DNA of 64,000 bases. Source: Eledone cirrhosa (taxonomy: Eukaryota). This document shows, piece by piece, positions 17,600 to 32,518 of this stretch. Each line of letters starts with the position of its first letter. Positions within the stretch are counted from its first letter, which is position 1. The notes under the pieces are model-generated. The model worked only from the letters and a program-made list of their open reading frames with translations. It was not told the DNA's origin and did not search any database. The stretch covers positions 17,484,001-17,548,000 of the forward strand of contig OZ024766.1 of the NCBI GenBank assembly GCA_964016885.1. The letters are read 5' to 3'. Position numbers and translations under genes: made by a program.

Positions 17600-18065
17600 A
17601 CAGGCTCGCAGTGAATGGGAGAGGTTTGGGGTAAGAATAGTTTTATTCCCCGTTATATAAAAATAACATTACAAATATAGAATAGACGAAGAATGAGGTG
17701 TAGTAAATGTAATATATATATATATAGATAGAGAGAGAGAGAGAGAGAGAGAGGGCTCCAAGAAAGCAGAGAATGTTTAGGTTCGCAGTGAATGGGAGGC
17801 ATTGGTGGTAAGAATAGTTTTATTCCCCGTTGTATAAAAATAACATTACAAATATAGAATAGACGAAGAATGAGGTGTAGTAAATATATATATATATATA
17901 TAGAGAGATATATAGATAGAGAGAGAGAGGGGGGGGGCTCCAAGAAAGCAGAGAATGTTTAGGTTCGCAGTGAATGGGAGGCGTTGGTGGTAAGAATAGT
18001 TTTATTCCCCGTTGTATAAAAATAACATTACAAATATAGAATAGACGAAGAATGAGGTGTAGTAA

Positions 18066-18107
<42 letters not shown>

Positions 18108-18420
18108 GGGGCTCCAAGAAAGCAGAGAATGTATAGGTTCGCAGTGAATGGGAGGCGTTGGTGGTAAGAATAGTTTTATTCCCCGTTGTATAAAAATAAC
18201 ATTACAAATATAGAATAGACGAAGAATGAGGTGTAGTAAATATATATATATATATATATAGAGATATATAGATAGAGAGAGAGAGGGGGGGGCTCCAAGA
18301 AAGCAGAGAATGTTTAGGTTCGCAGTGAATGGGAGGCGTTGGTGGTAAGAATAGTTTTATTCCCCGTTGTATAAAAATAACATTACAAATATAGAATAGA
18401 CGAAGAATGAGGTGTAGTAA

Positions 18421-18460
<40 letters not shown>

Positions 18461-18952
18461 GGCTCCAAGAAAGCAGAGAATGTATAGGTTCGCAGTGAAT
18501 GGGAGGCGTTGGTGGTAAGAATAGTTTTATTCCCCGTTATATAAAAATAACATTACAAATATAGAATAGACGAAGAATGAGGTGTAGTAAATATATATAT
18601 ATATATATATAGAGATATATAGATAGAGAGAGAGAGGGGGGGGGGGGCTCCAAGAAAGCAGAGAATGTTTAGGTTCGCAGTGAATGGGAGGCGTTGGTGG
18701 TAAGAATAGTTTTATTCCCCGTTGTATAAAAATAACATTACAAATATAGAATAGACGAAGAATGAGGTGTAGTAAATGTAATATATATATATATAGATAG
18801 AGAGAGAGAGAGAGAGAGAGAGGGCTCCAAGAAAGCAGAGAATGTTTAGGTTCGCAGTGAATGGGAGGCGTTGGTGGTAAGAATAGTTTTATTCCCCGTT
18901 GTATAAAAATAACATTACAAATATAGAATAGACGAAGAATGAGGTGTAGTAA

Positions 18953-18996
<44 letters not shown>

Positions 18997-19310
18997 GGCT
19001 CCAAGAAAGCAGAGAATGTTTAGGTTCGCAGTGAATGGGAGGCATTGGTGGTAAGAATAGTTTTATTCCCCGTTGTATAAAAATAACATTACAAATATAG
19101 AATAGACGAAGAATGAGGTGTAGTAAATATATATATATATATATATATAGAGATATATAGATAGAGAGAGAGAGGGGGGGGGGCTCCAAGAAAGCAGAGA
19201 ATGTTTAGGTTCGCAGTGAATGGGAGGCGTTGGTGGTAAGAATAGTTTTATTCCCCGTTGTATAAAAATAACATTACAAATATAGAATAGACGAAGAATG
19301 AGGTGTAGTA

Positions 19311-19351
<41 letters not shown>

Positions 19352-19481
19352 GGCTCCAAGAAAGCAGAGAATGTTTAGGTTCGCAGTGAATGGGAGGCGT
19401 TGGTGGTAAGAATAGTTTTATTCCCCGTTATATAAAAATAACATTACAAATATAGAATAGACGAAGAATGAGGTGTAGTAA

Positions 19482-19550
<69 letters not shown>

Positions 19551-19713
19551 GCTCCAAGAAAGCAGAGAGAGAGAGAGGGGGGGGGCTCCAAGAAAGCAGA
19601 GAATGTTTAGGTTCGCAGTGAATGGGAGGCGTTGGTGGTAAGAATAGTTTTACTCCCCGTTGTATAAAAATAACATTACAAATATAGAATAGACAAAGAA
19701 TGAGGTGTAGTAA

Positions 19714-19746
<33 letters not shown>

Positions 19747-19890
19747 TAGATAGAGAGAGAGAGGGCTCCAAGAAAGCAGAGAATGTTTAGGTTCGCAGTG
19801 AATGGGAGGCGTTGGTGGTAAGAATAGTTTTATTCCCCGTTGTATAAAAATAACATTACAAATATAGAATAGACGAAGAATGAGGTGTAG
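17600..19890. repeat. ~180-bp tandem array (~13 units) with embedded (TA)n(GA)n tracts
   Basis: Unit 'gggctccaagaaagcagagaatgtttaggttcgcagtgaatgggaggcgttggtggtaagaatag...gaggtgtagtaaat'; reverse-complement copies lie at 22860-23500. Confidence 0.92.
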
Positions 19891-20042
19891 TAAATGTAAT
19901 ATATATATATATATATACCGAGTCCAAGAAAGCAGAGAATGTATAGGTTCGCAGTGAATATATTAAGAATAATATACATATATATCATCATCATCATAAT
20001 ATATATATATAAGCAAAAGGGATAATTAATTTGTTGGTAATT

Positions 20043-20073
<31 letters not shown>

Positions 20074-20423
20074 CGGGTCCTAAAAAGAAGTAAAGAATGT
20101 ACAGGTTCGCAGTGAATATATTAAGAATAATTTTATACCTGGTTGTATAAATAACATAGATGACGTATATGGTGTAGTAAATATATATATACACACACAC
20201 ATATATATATATATATATTTACTACACCACATACTTCATCTATGTTATATTTGTAATGTTATTTTATATATTTATATATATATATCAGGAGGTTCGAACG
20301 AGATATACAGAAAGATTAGGTTCGCAGTGAATGATATCTCATGGTTAATTTTATTCACAGTTGAATAAAACATTACAAATGTCACATAGATGAAGGATGT
20401 GGTGTAGTAAATAAATCTGCTAA

Positions 20424-20457
<34 letters not shown>

Positions 20458-20896
20458 GTATATATAAATATATTTGGGCGCATATATATATCATCATCAA
20501 TGTCGTTTTACGTCCATTTTCCACGCTAGCTTGCGTTGGGTGACCCTGTCTTGCTAATACAGTGCGTGTATATATAATATATATATATGTATAATAAAAT
20601 ATAATATATATATATATGTATAATAAAATTTAATTGATCACAAGAATATCTATTTTGTTAATATTGGAATATTTGAATTAATATTAATAACTCTGGAAAA
20701 AAAATGTTTTGATGTAGAGAGCTTCCAATCTATTGTAAAACTCATTCTTTGATGTACTCATTGAATCTTGTTTAACTCTTTAATATATATATATATATAT
20801 ATATATACATGGAAAGTTATATTTAAATTGTTGGGTTACAACGAGTAAATATTTATAACTGATATAAAAGCACTCAACAAGTATTTGGAGTATATT

Positions 20897-21259
20897 TACG
20901 ATATTAAATAAATGGAAACTATATTTATAAAACCATATTTATTTCATTATATATATTTCAGGGATACCATATTAACAATATGCTATGCCTTCCTCAGACA
21001 AAATACAATATAGACAGTTTTATAAATAAATAGATTTGACATACCTTTCAACATCGACTTGCATTTGAAAAATGCCAAATCAACTTTTCAAATGCAAGTC
21101 GATGTTGAAAGGTATGTCAAATCTATTTATTTATAAAACTGTCTGTATTGTATTTTGTCTGAGGAAGGCATAGCATATTGTTAATATGGTATCCCTGAAA
21201 TATATATAATGAAATAAATATGGTTTTATAAATATAGTTTCCATTTATTTAATATCGTA
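20897..21259. mobile_element. Foldback element (175-bp arms, 13-bp loop) with an HHR motif on each strand
   Basis: Arms 20897-21071 and 21085-21259. Plus-strand HHR 21153-21214: ttttgt-CTGAGGA-long helix II-GAAA-T-atat-ATA-atgaaa; mirror copy at 20942-21003. Confidence 0.7.
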
Positions 21260-21382
21260 TATATATATATATATATATATATATGTAGAGGTTCTATTTA
21301 AATTGTTGGGATACAACAAGCAAATATTTTTATAACAGATATAAAGCACTCAACAAATAATTGGAGTAAAAATACGATATAT

Positions 21383-21567
21383 TTGTTTCTACTTTAGGCA
21401 CAAGACCAGCAATTACCCCAGTGTATTATTGGTACTTTATTTTATCGACCCCGTAAGGATGAAAGGCAAAGTCAACCTCGGCGGGATTTGAACTCAGATC
21501 GTAAAGGGACGTAAGTATGCTGGAAAGCATGGCGTCAGACCCTCTACCGATACTGCCAATCCACCGT
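21383..21567 (-). mobile_element. tRNA-derived SINE family B
   Basis: Reverse complement of the 30877-31061 element; flanked by the direct repeat 'aatacgatat'; interrupts a copy of the element seen uninterrupted at 44372-44640. Confidence 0.85.
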
Positions 21568-21619
21568 ATATAATACGATATATTAACAAATGGAAACTAT
21601 ATTTATAAAACCATATTTA

Positions 21620-21680
21620 TTTCATTATACATATTTCAAGGACACCAAGTTAAATTATGGTGCGCTTTCATCAGATAAAA
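21620..21680 (-). ncRNA. Type-I hammerhead ribozyme motif
   Basis: rc: ttttat-CTGATGA-aagcgcacca-taatttaact-tggtgtcctt-GAAA-T-atgt-ATA-atgaaa. Confidence 0.65.
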
Positions 21681-21759
21681 TATAATATAGATCAGTTTTA
21701 TAAATAAATATTGACATACCCTTAAAGAATGCGACCATTTCTGTTGGAAGCTCCCTTTG

Positions 21760-21833
<74 letters not shown>

Positions 21834-21982
21834 TAAAGAGATATTTAATTTGTTGGTAATTCAACAAATATATATATTTATAACAGATTCGAAGCACTCA
21901 ACAAGTTTCCTGGAGTATAATATCAATGATATTAAATAAATGGAAACTATATTTATTCTATTATATATATTTGAAGGGTACC

Positions 21983-22027
<45 letters not shown>

Positions 22028-22031
<4 letters not shown>

Positions 22032-22080
22032 TTCCTGATGATTTCTCAAGAATGAAGCAGGCCTAGTCCTGTAGAATCTC
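22028..22080 (+). ncRNA. Hammerhead ribozyme motif with a core mutation (GAAA>GAAG), probably inactive
   Basis: gagattc-CTGATGA-tttctcaagaat-GAAG-CAG-gcctagtc-CTG-TA-gaatctc; same family as 13239 and 41690. Confidence 0.65.
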
Positions 22081-22092
22081 ATCTATATTAAA

Positions 22093-22124
<32 letters not shown>

Positions 22125-22348
22125 GGAACACGTCTATATATATATTGTAGAACAATAAAACTATGCTTATTTTATATATCGATATCTATAGAGAGAGAGA
22201 GATCTGGTCTATATATATATATTTATAAATATATATAGGCGGTGCCCCAGCATGGCCTCAGCCGGATGGCTGAAACAGGTAAAAGAGAATAAAAGAGAGA
22301 GAGAGAGATCTGGTCTATATATATATATAGAGAGAGAGACACCTGGTC

Positions 22349-22382
<34 letters not shown>

Positions 22383-22389
22383 CCTGGTC

Positions 22390-22424
<35 letters not shown>

Positions 22425-22610
22425 ATAAAGAACACAAGAGCGTCTACAACATCAAAAGATTTTTATTGGCTTACAATATTTCTTCCATATATATATATTG
22501 ACTGCACCACATTCTTCATCTATGTAATATTTAAAAGGTTATCTATACAAACGAAACCCAACAATTCCCATTCACTGCGAACCTATACATGCTCTGCTTT
22601 CTTGGAGCCG

Positions 22611-22686
<76 letters not shown>

Positions 22687-22699
22687 ATATCTATATATA

Positions 22700-23697
<998 letters not shown>

Positions 23698-23704
23698 AGG
23701 TGTA

Positions 23705-23769
23705 TAACGACAAATATGTTATATATATATATATATACATATATATAACTATATATATATACATACATA

Positions 23770-23816
<47 letters not shown>

Positions 23817-24015
23817 CAACAAATGTTATTTATATATATATATACATATACATAAATAACTATATATATATATATATATACATAAATAACGACAAATATG
23901 TTATATATATATATATATATATATACATACATAACTATATATATATATATATACATAAATATATATATATAAATAACAACAAATATGTTATATATATTTA
24001 TATATATATACACAC

Positions 24016-24057
<42 letters not shown>

Positions 24058-24303
24058 CAAGAAATATGTTATATATATATATATATACGTAAATAACAAC
24101 AAATATACATACATGTATATATATATATAACATATTTGTTGTTATTTATGTATTTATATATATAAATACATAAATAACGACAAATATGTTATATATATAT
24201 ATACATAGATATCTATATATATATATATAAATAACAACAAATATGTTATATATATACATAAATAACTATATATATATATATATATAAATAACAACAAATA
24301 TGT

Positions 24304-24334
<31 letters not shown>

Positions 24335-24395
24335 AGCGTGAAACTAATAAACCTTTGTTCATACTGCTTCTCTGTTTTGTTCCCTTTCAATTTTT

Positions 24396-24431
<36 letters not shown>

Positions 24432-24526
24432 ATTATTATCAGGAAAAAAGAGTGCTCTATGTAAGCTCTGTTGCCTACATAGAGCACTCTTTTTTCCTGG
24501 ACTTTTCCGATGGAATTACTTCATTT

Positions 24527-24590
<64 letters not shown>

Positions 24591-24840
24591 CAACAAATAT
24601 GTTATATATATATAAATACATAAATAACAAGTATGTTATTTAAATATATATATATATATATAAATAAATAACATAACAAATATGTTTTATATATATATAT
24701 ATATAAATAACTGTTTCTACGTTATGCACAAGGCCAACAAATACCCAGTGTATTACTGGTACTTTATTTTATCGACCCCGTAAGGATGAAAGGCAAAGTT
24801 AACGTTTATATATATATAAATAACATAACAAATATGTTTT
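23705..24840. repeat. (TA)n-interspersed minisatellite 'aaataacaacaaatatgttata'
   Basis: The motif recurs more than 10 times between TA tracts. Confidence 0.8.
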
Positions 24841-24849
24841 ATATATACA

Positions 24850-25433
24850 ATCGAAAGGTTGTGAGTTCAATTCTCAGACCGGGTGATGTGTTGTTTCCTT
24901 GAGCAAGACACTTTATTACACATTGCTCCAGTTTACTCAGCTGTAGAAATGAGATGATAGGGACTGGGGTCCCTATTACTCCACTGTAAAGTGGTCGTGG
25001 AGGTGCCACGGCAAAGAAGCACCCAGCACTCACTGTAAAGTGGTCATGGAGGTGCCACGGCAAAAAAGCACCCAGCACTCCCTGTAAAGTGGTCGTGGAG
25101 GTGCCACGGCAAAAAAGCACCCAGCACTCACTGTAAAGTGGTCGTGGAGGTGCCACGGCAAAAAAGCACCCAGCACTCACTGTAAAGTGGTCGTGGAGGT
25201 GCCACGGCAAAAAAGCACCCAGCACTCACTGTAAAGTGGTCGTGGAGGTGCCACGGCAAAAAAGCACCCAGCACTCACTGTAAAGTGGTCGTGGAGGTGC
25301 CACGGCAAAAAAGCACCCAGCACTCACTGTAAATGAGGTTGGTGTTAGGAAGGGCATCCAGCTGTAGAAATCAAGCCAGAATCAGTTCCCGTCCCACCCT
25401 TGCAAGCAGGGAAAAGTGGACGTAAAATGATGA
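24850..25433 (+). mobile_element. SINE family A, 5'-truncated, about seven 49-bp units
   Basis: B box, CORE-like motif, 49-bp units and tail 'ggacgtaaaatgatgat'. Confidence 0.85.
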
Positions 25434-25460
25434 TATATATATATATATATATATATATAT

Positions 25461-26119
25461 CATCATCATCATCATCAACGTTTAACGTCCGTGTTCCACG
25501 CTTGCATGGGTTTGGACGGGGGTAGTCCCACTTGAGGCAAGAGTGATTTTCTTGCTCGCATAGGACTGTCTGGCAGGTTTTCTACAGTTGGATGCCCTTC
25601 CTAACACCAACCACATTTACAGTGTGGGTCTGGGAGGTTTTTACCGTGTTGCCTACACGGCCACATTACAGCGTGGACTGTGTTTTTTTTTGTCATGACA
25701 CCTACACGATCTCATTTGTTTCGGCCTGGATGGCGCGGCACCAACATAACTTTACATAGAACGTGGTGGTGGGACGTGGTGTATTTTGTTAGAGATGCCT
25801 ACTGGCAAGGCGGGTCTTCTCTATGACTGAGTACCGCCAAAGGTCTCGGTCCAGTGACATTGTCTTGGTGAGGTGTAAGTGTGTGAGGTCGGTGTTTATC
25901 AGCTCGTCCCAGGTTTTTCTGGGTCTGCCTATTCCGTGGCTACCGTCTATCTTTATTGCCCTGCACTTTGTTATACAGCTATCATCCTTCATGCGCATCA
26001 CGTGACCATACCAACGTAGCCTTCTCTCGAGTAAACAACATCTGATCCCTCTTATTTCTAATTTTTTCCTTAGTTCGTTTATGCTTTGTCGTTCACGTAT
26101 ATTTCTATTACACATCCAG
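25461..26119 (-). mobile_element. RTE-type LINE 3' end (RT C-terminus, 3' UTR, (GAT)n tail)
   Basis: 'WMCN...ELRKKLEIRGI...RRLRWYGHVMRM...GRPRKTWDELI...DRDLWR', then a UTR ending 'ggacgttaaacgttgatgatgatg'. Confidence 0.85.
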
Positions 26120-26365
26120 ATAACAACAAATATGTTTTAAATATATATACATAAATAATATAACAAATGCTTAGACAACATTATAAATTGCTCGCTATTC
26201 TTTCAGAAAGATATATTCTTTTAATGTTACAATATTAAAGAAAATGTAAACGAAGGGGTGAACAACGGAGCCAACACCAGAGCAAAAGACAGCAACGAGG
26301 GGTACTGGGCAACCTCTCTAATGATTTTTGAGGCAAGCCAGCACACTGGCAGAGTTGCCTCGGGT

Positions 26366-26857
26366 GATGTAAATGTTATGTGAGGTAAAGCCTTTACTGT
26401 GACAATACAATAGTATATATAGAGTAATATAAATGTTATGTGAGGTATTATGTGAGGTAAAGCATTTACTGTGACAATACAATAGTATATATAGAGTAAT
26501 GTAAATGTTATGTGAGATATTATGTGAGGTAAAGCCTTTACTGTGACAATACAATAGTATATATAGAGTAATGTAAATGTTATGTGAGATATTATGTGAG
26601 GTAAAGCCTTTACTGTGAAAATACAATAGTATATATAGAGTAATGTAAATGTTATGTGAGGTAAAGCCTTTACTGTGACAATACAATAGTATATATAGAG
26701 TAATGTAAATGTTATGTGAGATATTATGTGAGGTAAAGCCTTTACTGTGACAATACAATAGTATATATAGAGTAATGTAAATGTTATGTGAGGTAAAGCC
26801 TTTACTGTGACAATACAATAGTATATATAGAGTAATGTAAATGTTATGTGAGGTAAA
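26366..26857. repeat. 60/72-bp satellite, array 1
   Basis: Unit gtaaagcctttactgtgacaatacaatagtatatatagagtaatgtaaatgttatgtgag with or without atattatgtgag. Confidence 0.95.
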
Positions 26858-27226
26858 GTGAGTGCTGGGTGCTTTTTTGCCGTGGCACCTCCACGACCAC
26901 TTTACAGTGAGTGCTGGGTGCTTTTTTGCCATGGCACCTCCACGACCACTTTACAGTGAGTGCTGGGTGCTTTTTTGCCGTGGCACCTCCACGACCACTT
27001 TACAGTGAGTGTTGGATGCTTTTTTGCCGTGGCACCTCCACGACCACTTTACAGTGGAATGATAGGGACTCCAGTCCCTATCATCTCATTTCTACAGCTG
27101 AGTAAACTGGAGCAATGTGAAATAAAGTGTCTTGCTCAAGGAAACAACACATCACCCGGTCTGAGAATTGAACTCATAACCTTTCGATTGCAAGGCCAAT
27201 GCTCTAACCACTAAGCCATGTGCCTC
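26858..27226 (-). mobile_element. SINE family A, 3'-truncated at the satellite
   Basis: tRNA head plus four 49-bp units abutting the 60/72-bp array. Confidence 0.85.
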
Positions 27227-28082
27227 ACAGTTCTTACGATTTTCAAAAGTAAAATTTAGATAGAGTGTTTGTGGTGTCTCGCATATAATGTGTATTGTAT
27301 TGTATGGAGCTGTAATTCCTGCTGGAATCGTAGGGGCATTGGTGTGACCTATATTGTTTTGAGGGCATTTTTTAAAAACCTGATGGAGCCCATCTCTGAA
27401 TAAAACTTGAAATCAGATATTGTATAGATCTGTCCAAACCCATGCAAGTGTGGAAGATGGACGTTAAACGATGATAATGATAGACTCGTAACTCCTGGTC
27501 TAAACACAGCCTATATTCTTAGCTAACCTACCTGTGATCCTACTACATCTCTTGTGTACCCATTGTTTGTATTTTGGACAGAGAATGGAATTTCTAAGTG
27601 ACATACAGTATTTCTCGGGCATATTTTAAAACCTGATGGAGCCCATCACCTCTCTCGTTTGAACACAATTGAGATCTGAATAAAACTTCAAGTGAAATCA
27701 GATATTGTATGGATTCATATAGACTCGTAACTCCTGGTCTAAACACGGCCGATTTCTCCCAGAGAAAGATAGAAAAGAAGTAAGAAAAAGATATAGAGGA
27801 ACAATTGACTCCTACTAATAAAAAGATGGAAGTTAAACTGGTGTTGACATGTCACCAGGAGAGGAGATAATAGCTATGTTAGAGAGTCCTATCAGAATGA
27901 ATTTTTCACTAAACTGCCATAGAGCAGACCTCTCTAGAGATAGAAGGATAACATTTATAGAGCGTGCTGGAATACCACTGTTTGCATTGGAGAGAATTAC
28001 TCTGGACAGGAAAGTTGATATCTACAGTTTACCAATATAGAAATATAAAATTTCCACTGTTAAATCTATCTCTGCTTCTTAA

Positions 28083-28120
28083 GTATTCTGTATTATCTCA
28101 TACTGTTTCTTTCTTATTTC
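28083..28120 (+). promoter_or_regulatory. Predicted 3' splice acceptor of zinc-finger exon 1
   Basis: 'tattatctcatactgtttctttcttatttcag|aat' is conserved with 49800-49833 upstream of the second zinc-finger ORF. Confidence 0.75.
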
Positions 28121-28277
28121 AGAATATCAGATCACATTGGGATAAATTATTATTTTCAATCTTGGATACATCTCTTAGTTGAGAGAAATATAGCAGAGGA
28201 AATATTTTTAGGAATATAATATAAAAAAATATTACAAGAAAAACATTTGTATATTTTGTTGACAAGAAAGATACATT

Positions 28278-29879
28278 ATGGAAAATAAATTGAGTGAAAA
28301 AATTAAATGTGAAACACAATCTAAAGTGTTTAGTATTCCTGGTGAAATAACAAAGGTTAGAGGAGAGAAGCCATGTCACTGTGATATCTGTAAAAAGTCA
28401 TTTGCAAGTACGAGAAACTTAACTAGACACAAACTTATTCATACAGGAGAGAAGCCATATCACTGTAATATATGTGGTAAATCATTTTTTCGATCTGCTT
28501 ATTTATCTATTCACAAACGTATACATACAGGAGAGAAGCCATATCACTGTGATATCTGTGGTAAATCATTTTTTCAAAAAGGAAACTTAACAATTCACAG
28601 ATTTATTCACACAGTGGGGAATCAATATCACTGTGATATCTGTGGTAAATCATTCTCTCAGTCTTCAAACTTGTCTACCCACAAACGTACCCATACAGGA
28701 GAAAAGCCATATCACTGTGATATCTGTGGTAAATCATTTTCTTTAAATGATACCTTAACTAAACATAAACGTATACATACCGGAGAGAAGCCATACCACT
28801 GTGATATCTGTGGTAAATCATTCTCTCGATCTACAAACTTGTCTACCCACAAACGTATTCATTCAGTAGAAAAGCCATATCACTGTGATATCTGTGGTAA
28901 ATCATTTTCTTTAAATGATACCTTAACTAAACATAAACGTATACATACAGCAGACAAGCCATATCACTGTGATATCTGTGGTAAATCTTTCTCTGGAAGT
29001 AGTATTTTAACTAAACACAAATGCATACATACAGGAGACAAGCCATATCACAGTAACATCTGTAGTAAATCATTTTCTGTAAGTTCTACCTTAACTTCTC
29101 ACAAACGTACCCGTACAAGAGACAAGCCATACCACTGTGATATCTGCGACAAATCATTCTCTGTAAGCAGTTCTTTAACCACTCACAAACGCATACATAC
29201 AGGTGAGAAACCATATCACTGTGATATCTGTGGTAAATCATTTTCAGCGACAGGTACATTAACTACCCACATACGTACCCATACAGGAGAGAAGCCATAT
29301 CACTGTGATATCTGTGGTAAATCATTCTCTGTAAATAGTCATTTGATTTCTCACAAACTTATACATACAGGAGAGAAGCCATATCAGTGTGATATCTGTG
29401 GTAAATCATTCTCTGAAACAGGTAAATTAACTTGTCACATACGTATACATACAGGAGAGAAGCCATATCACTGTGACATCTGTGGTAAATCATTCTCTGT
29501 AAATTCTAGCTTAACTAAACACAAACGTATACATACAGGAGAGAAGCCATATCAGTGTGATATCTGTGGTAAATCATTCTCTGAAACAGGTAAATTAACT
29601 AGTCACATACGTATACATACAGGAGAGAAGCCTTATCACTGTGATATCTGTGGTAAATCATTCTCACGATCTGCTTACTTATCTGCACACAGACGTATAC
29701 ATACAGGAGAGAAGCCATATCACTGTGACATCTGTGGTAAATCATTCTCTCGGTCTGCTTACTTATCTGTCCATAAAAATGTACATACAGGAGAGAAGCC
29801 ATATCACTGTGATATATGTGGTAAATCATTCTCTGTAAAAGGAAGTTTAATTAAACACAAATGTATTTGTACACAATAG
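28278..29879 (+). CDS. C2H2 zinc-finger protein, 18 tandem fingers (finger 9 degenerate, finger 18 C2HC), no KRAB-like domain visible
   Basis: 533-aa ORF of [16 protein letters not shown] repeats after a ~30-aa leader; finger 9 reads HSNIC...HKRTR. Confidence 0.95.
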   Translation: MENKLSEKIKCETQSKVFSIPGEITKVRGEKPCHCDICKKSFASTRNLTRHKLIHTGEKPYHCNICGKSFFRSAYLSIHKRIHTGEKPYHCDICGKSFFQKGNLTIHRFIHTVGNQYHCDICGKSFSQSSNLSTHKRTHTGEKPYHCDICGKSFSLNDTLTKHKRIHTGEKPYHCDICGKSFSRSTNLSTHKRIHSVEKPYHCDICGKSFSLNDTLTKHKRIHTADKPYHCDICGKSFSGSSILTKHKCIHTGDKPYHSNICSKSFSVSSTLTSHKRTRTRDKPYHCDICDKSFSVSSSLTTHKRIHTGEKPYHCDICGKSFSATGTLTTHIRTHTGEKPYHCDICGKSFSVNSHLISHKLIHTGEKPYQCDICGKSFSETGKLTCHIRIHTGEKPYHCDICGKSFSVNSSLTKHKRIHTGEKPYQCDICGKSFSETGKLTSHIRIHTGEKPYHCDICGKSFSRSAYLSAHRRIHTGEKPYHCDICGKSFSRSAYLSVHKNVHTGEKPYHCDICGKSFSVKGSLIKHKCICTQ

Positions 29880-29944
29880 AAGCCATATCACTAAGATCTG
29901 TAGCAGATCATGTTCAGAAAATTAATTTATCATTGATAAATTTT

Positions 29945-30290
29945 GCAATATACTGTATGTTTAATTAAAAACATTTAGAAGACCTTACGCTTTCAGTATT
30001 AAATTAGTGACTATGTCACTTACTTAATCTCGGCATAAACAACAGAGTGGCCGACAGACCGTCTGTTTATCAAGACACACTCCGCTGCTTTTGCCGAGAA
30101 TTATAGAGGTTGGATTCTTATAGAATTCCAGTAATAATCAGGAACTGATTGCCAGTCCAGCAAAAATTTGGCATTAGTGTTGGTGCTCTGTTGCTTTTGC
30201 CGAGAATAAGTAAGTGACATAGTCATTACTTTGAAACCGATAGTGTAAGGTCTTCTAAATGTTTTTAATTAAACATACGGTATATTGCCA
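29945..30290. mobile_element. Older, imperfect foldback element with degenerate HHR-like arms
   Basis: 29945-30049 is an imperfect rc of 30186-30290; right arm has ttttgc-CGAGAA-t-aagtaagtgac-ata-gtcattactt-t-GAAA-ccgata-gtgtaa. Confidence 0.5.
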
Positions 30291-30299
30291 AATATACTA

Positions 30300-30632
30300 T
30301 CTTTTCATTTTTACGTCCTCTTGTCCCTGCTTGCAAGGGTGGGACGGGAACTGATTCTGGCTTGATTTCCACAGCTGGATGCCCTTCCTAACACCAACCT
30401 CATTTACAGTGAGTGCTGGGTGCTTTTTTGCCGTGGCACCTCCACGTCCACTTTACAGTGGAATGATAGGGAACCCAGTCCCTATCATCTCATTTCTACA
30501 GCTGAGTAAACTGGAGCAACGTGAAATAAAGTGTCTTGCTCAAGGAAACAACACATTGCCCGGTCTGAGAATTGAACTCACAACCTTTCGATTGCAAGGC
30601 CAATGCTCTAACCACTAAGCCATGTGCCTCCA
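30300..30632 (-). mobile_element. SINE family A, full length, single 49-bp unit
   Basis: Complete head, CORE-like motif, one unit and tail. Confidence 0.9.
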
Positions 30633-30876
30633 TATATATATATAACGGAATACTCCTATATTTTACTGGCGAAGATTCAAAACCGAATCTGAGCTTTCTC
30701 GTCTCTGAGACTATCATTGGAAGTTCTCACCATTGTCTGGTCAAGACAATGGTGATAAATGTACATTCCACTTGACCTGTGACCCCAACCCCTCAGGAGA
30801 CGATGACCACAGGGCTGATCATAAATCAACCTCATATATCTATCCTAACTTTAGCACTTATTATAAATACAAGGAA

Positions 30877-31061
30877 GGGCGGTGGATTGGCAGTATCGGT
30901 AGAGGGTCGGACGCCATGCTTTCCAGCATAGTTACGTCCCTTTACGATCTGAGTTCAAATCCCGCCGAGGTTGACTTTGCCTTTCATCCTTACGGGGTCG
31001 ATAAAATAAAGTACCAGTAATGCACTGGGTAATTGCTGGCCTTGTGCCTAAAGTAGAAACA
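30877..31061 (+). mobile_element. tRNA-derived SINE family B, full length with 16-bp TSD
   Basis: A-box-like TGGCAGTATCGG, B box GAGTTCAAATC, central 'gcctttcatccttacggggtcgataaaataaagtacc'; TSD attataaatacaagga at 30860-30875 and 31062-31077. Confidence 0.9.
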
Positions 31062-31207
31062 ATTATAAATACAAGGAGTTAGGGAACCCAGGGGGTCGGA
31101 CTCAAAGCAGCAGTCAACAAGATAGCGATGGAGGCATTAGCAGAACTTTCACTCTATCTTTCTCCTGGCCCTTACTGGCTTACCTCCTCGGGCTCCGAAG
31201 CAGCCAG

Positions 31208-31722
31208 CCAGACAGCCATGCCTGCCTGACAGATTGACCACTACGACTAAGACAATAATGTATACTAAGAACACACACACATACACACACAGTAAGTTCA
31301 TATTGTTACATTATACTCGCAGCCACTTCTTGCTGTCATATTGTATCTGCAAGACACAACACAACTTTTACTATATCATCTTCCAGACAGCAGAGCCATG
31401 CCTGCCTGACAGGTTGACCACTACTACTAAGACAATAATGTATACTAAGAACACACATACACACAGTAAGTTCATATTGTTACATTATACTCTCAGCCAC
31501 TTCTTGCTGTCATATTGTATCTGCAAGACACAACACAACTTATACTATATCATCTTCCAGACAGCCTGCCTGACAGATTGACCACTACTACTAAGACAAT
31601 AATGTATACTAAGAACACACACACACACACAGAAGTTCATATTGTTACATTATACTCTCAGCCACTTCTTGCTGTCATATTGTATCTGCAAGACACAACA
31701 CAACTTATACTTTATCATCTTC
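31208..31722. repeat. ~180-bp tandem repeat, three copies
   Basis: 'gcctgcctgacagattgaccactac...catcttccagacag' repeated three times. Confidence 0.9.
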
Positions 31723-31873
31723 TCTGAAACATGCATTCACGTTGGCTCGCAGAGCTAACAATTTAATGTATGAATATTTTTATGTTATAAATAGTATTGC
31801 TTGATGTAAAAATTGAATATTGTTATTGTGAAATAAACATTGTTAAAAAACTCAATGATGGCAGTATTCATTA

Positions 31874-32518
31874 TTTCATTTCATCATTTCATTTTACATC
31901 CGCTTTTCCCTGCTTGCAAGGGTGGGACGGGAACTGATTCTGGCTTGATCTCTACAGCTGGATGCTCTTCCTAACACCAACCTCATTTACAGTGTGGGAT
32001 GCGTGCTTTTTTTGCCGTGGCACCTCCACGACCACTTTACAGTGAGTGCTGGGTGCTTTTTTGCTGTGGCACCTCCACGACCACTTTACAGTGAGTGCTG
32101 GGTGCTTTTTTGCTGTGGCACCTCCACGACCACTTTACAGTGAGTGCTGGGTGCTTTTTTGCCGTGGCACCTCCACAACCACTTTACATTGTGGGCTGAG
32201 TGCTTTTTTGCCATGGCACCTCCACGACCACTTTACAGTGTGGGCTGAGTGCTTTTTTGCCGTGGCACCTCTACGACCACTTTACAGTGAGTGCTGGGTG
32301 CTTTTTTGCCATGGCACCTCCACGACCACTTTACAGTGAGTGTTGGGTGCTTTTTTGCTGTGGCACCACCACACCACTTTACAGTGAGTGCTGGGTGCTT
32401 TTTTGCCATGGCACCTCCACGACCACTTTACAGTGAGTGTTGGGTGCTTTTTTGCTGTGGCACCTCCACGCGACCACTTTACAGTGAGTGCTGGGTGCTT
32501 TTTTGCCATGTGCCTCCA
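31874..32518 (-). mobile_element. SINE family A with internal deletion, ~11 diverged 49-bp units
   Basis: Tail and units present; the units join directly to the 5' end 'gccatgtgcctcca' through the shared 'gccatg'. Confidence 0.8.

Noticed and set aside
27750-28075. Short ORFs upstream of the first zinc-finger exon
   Set aside because: No recognisable domain and they lie 5' of the predicted acceptor; probably a decayed intronic repeat.
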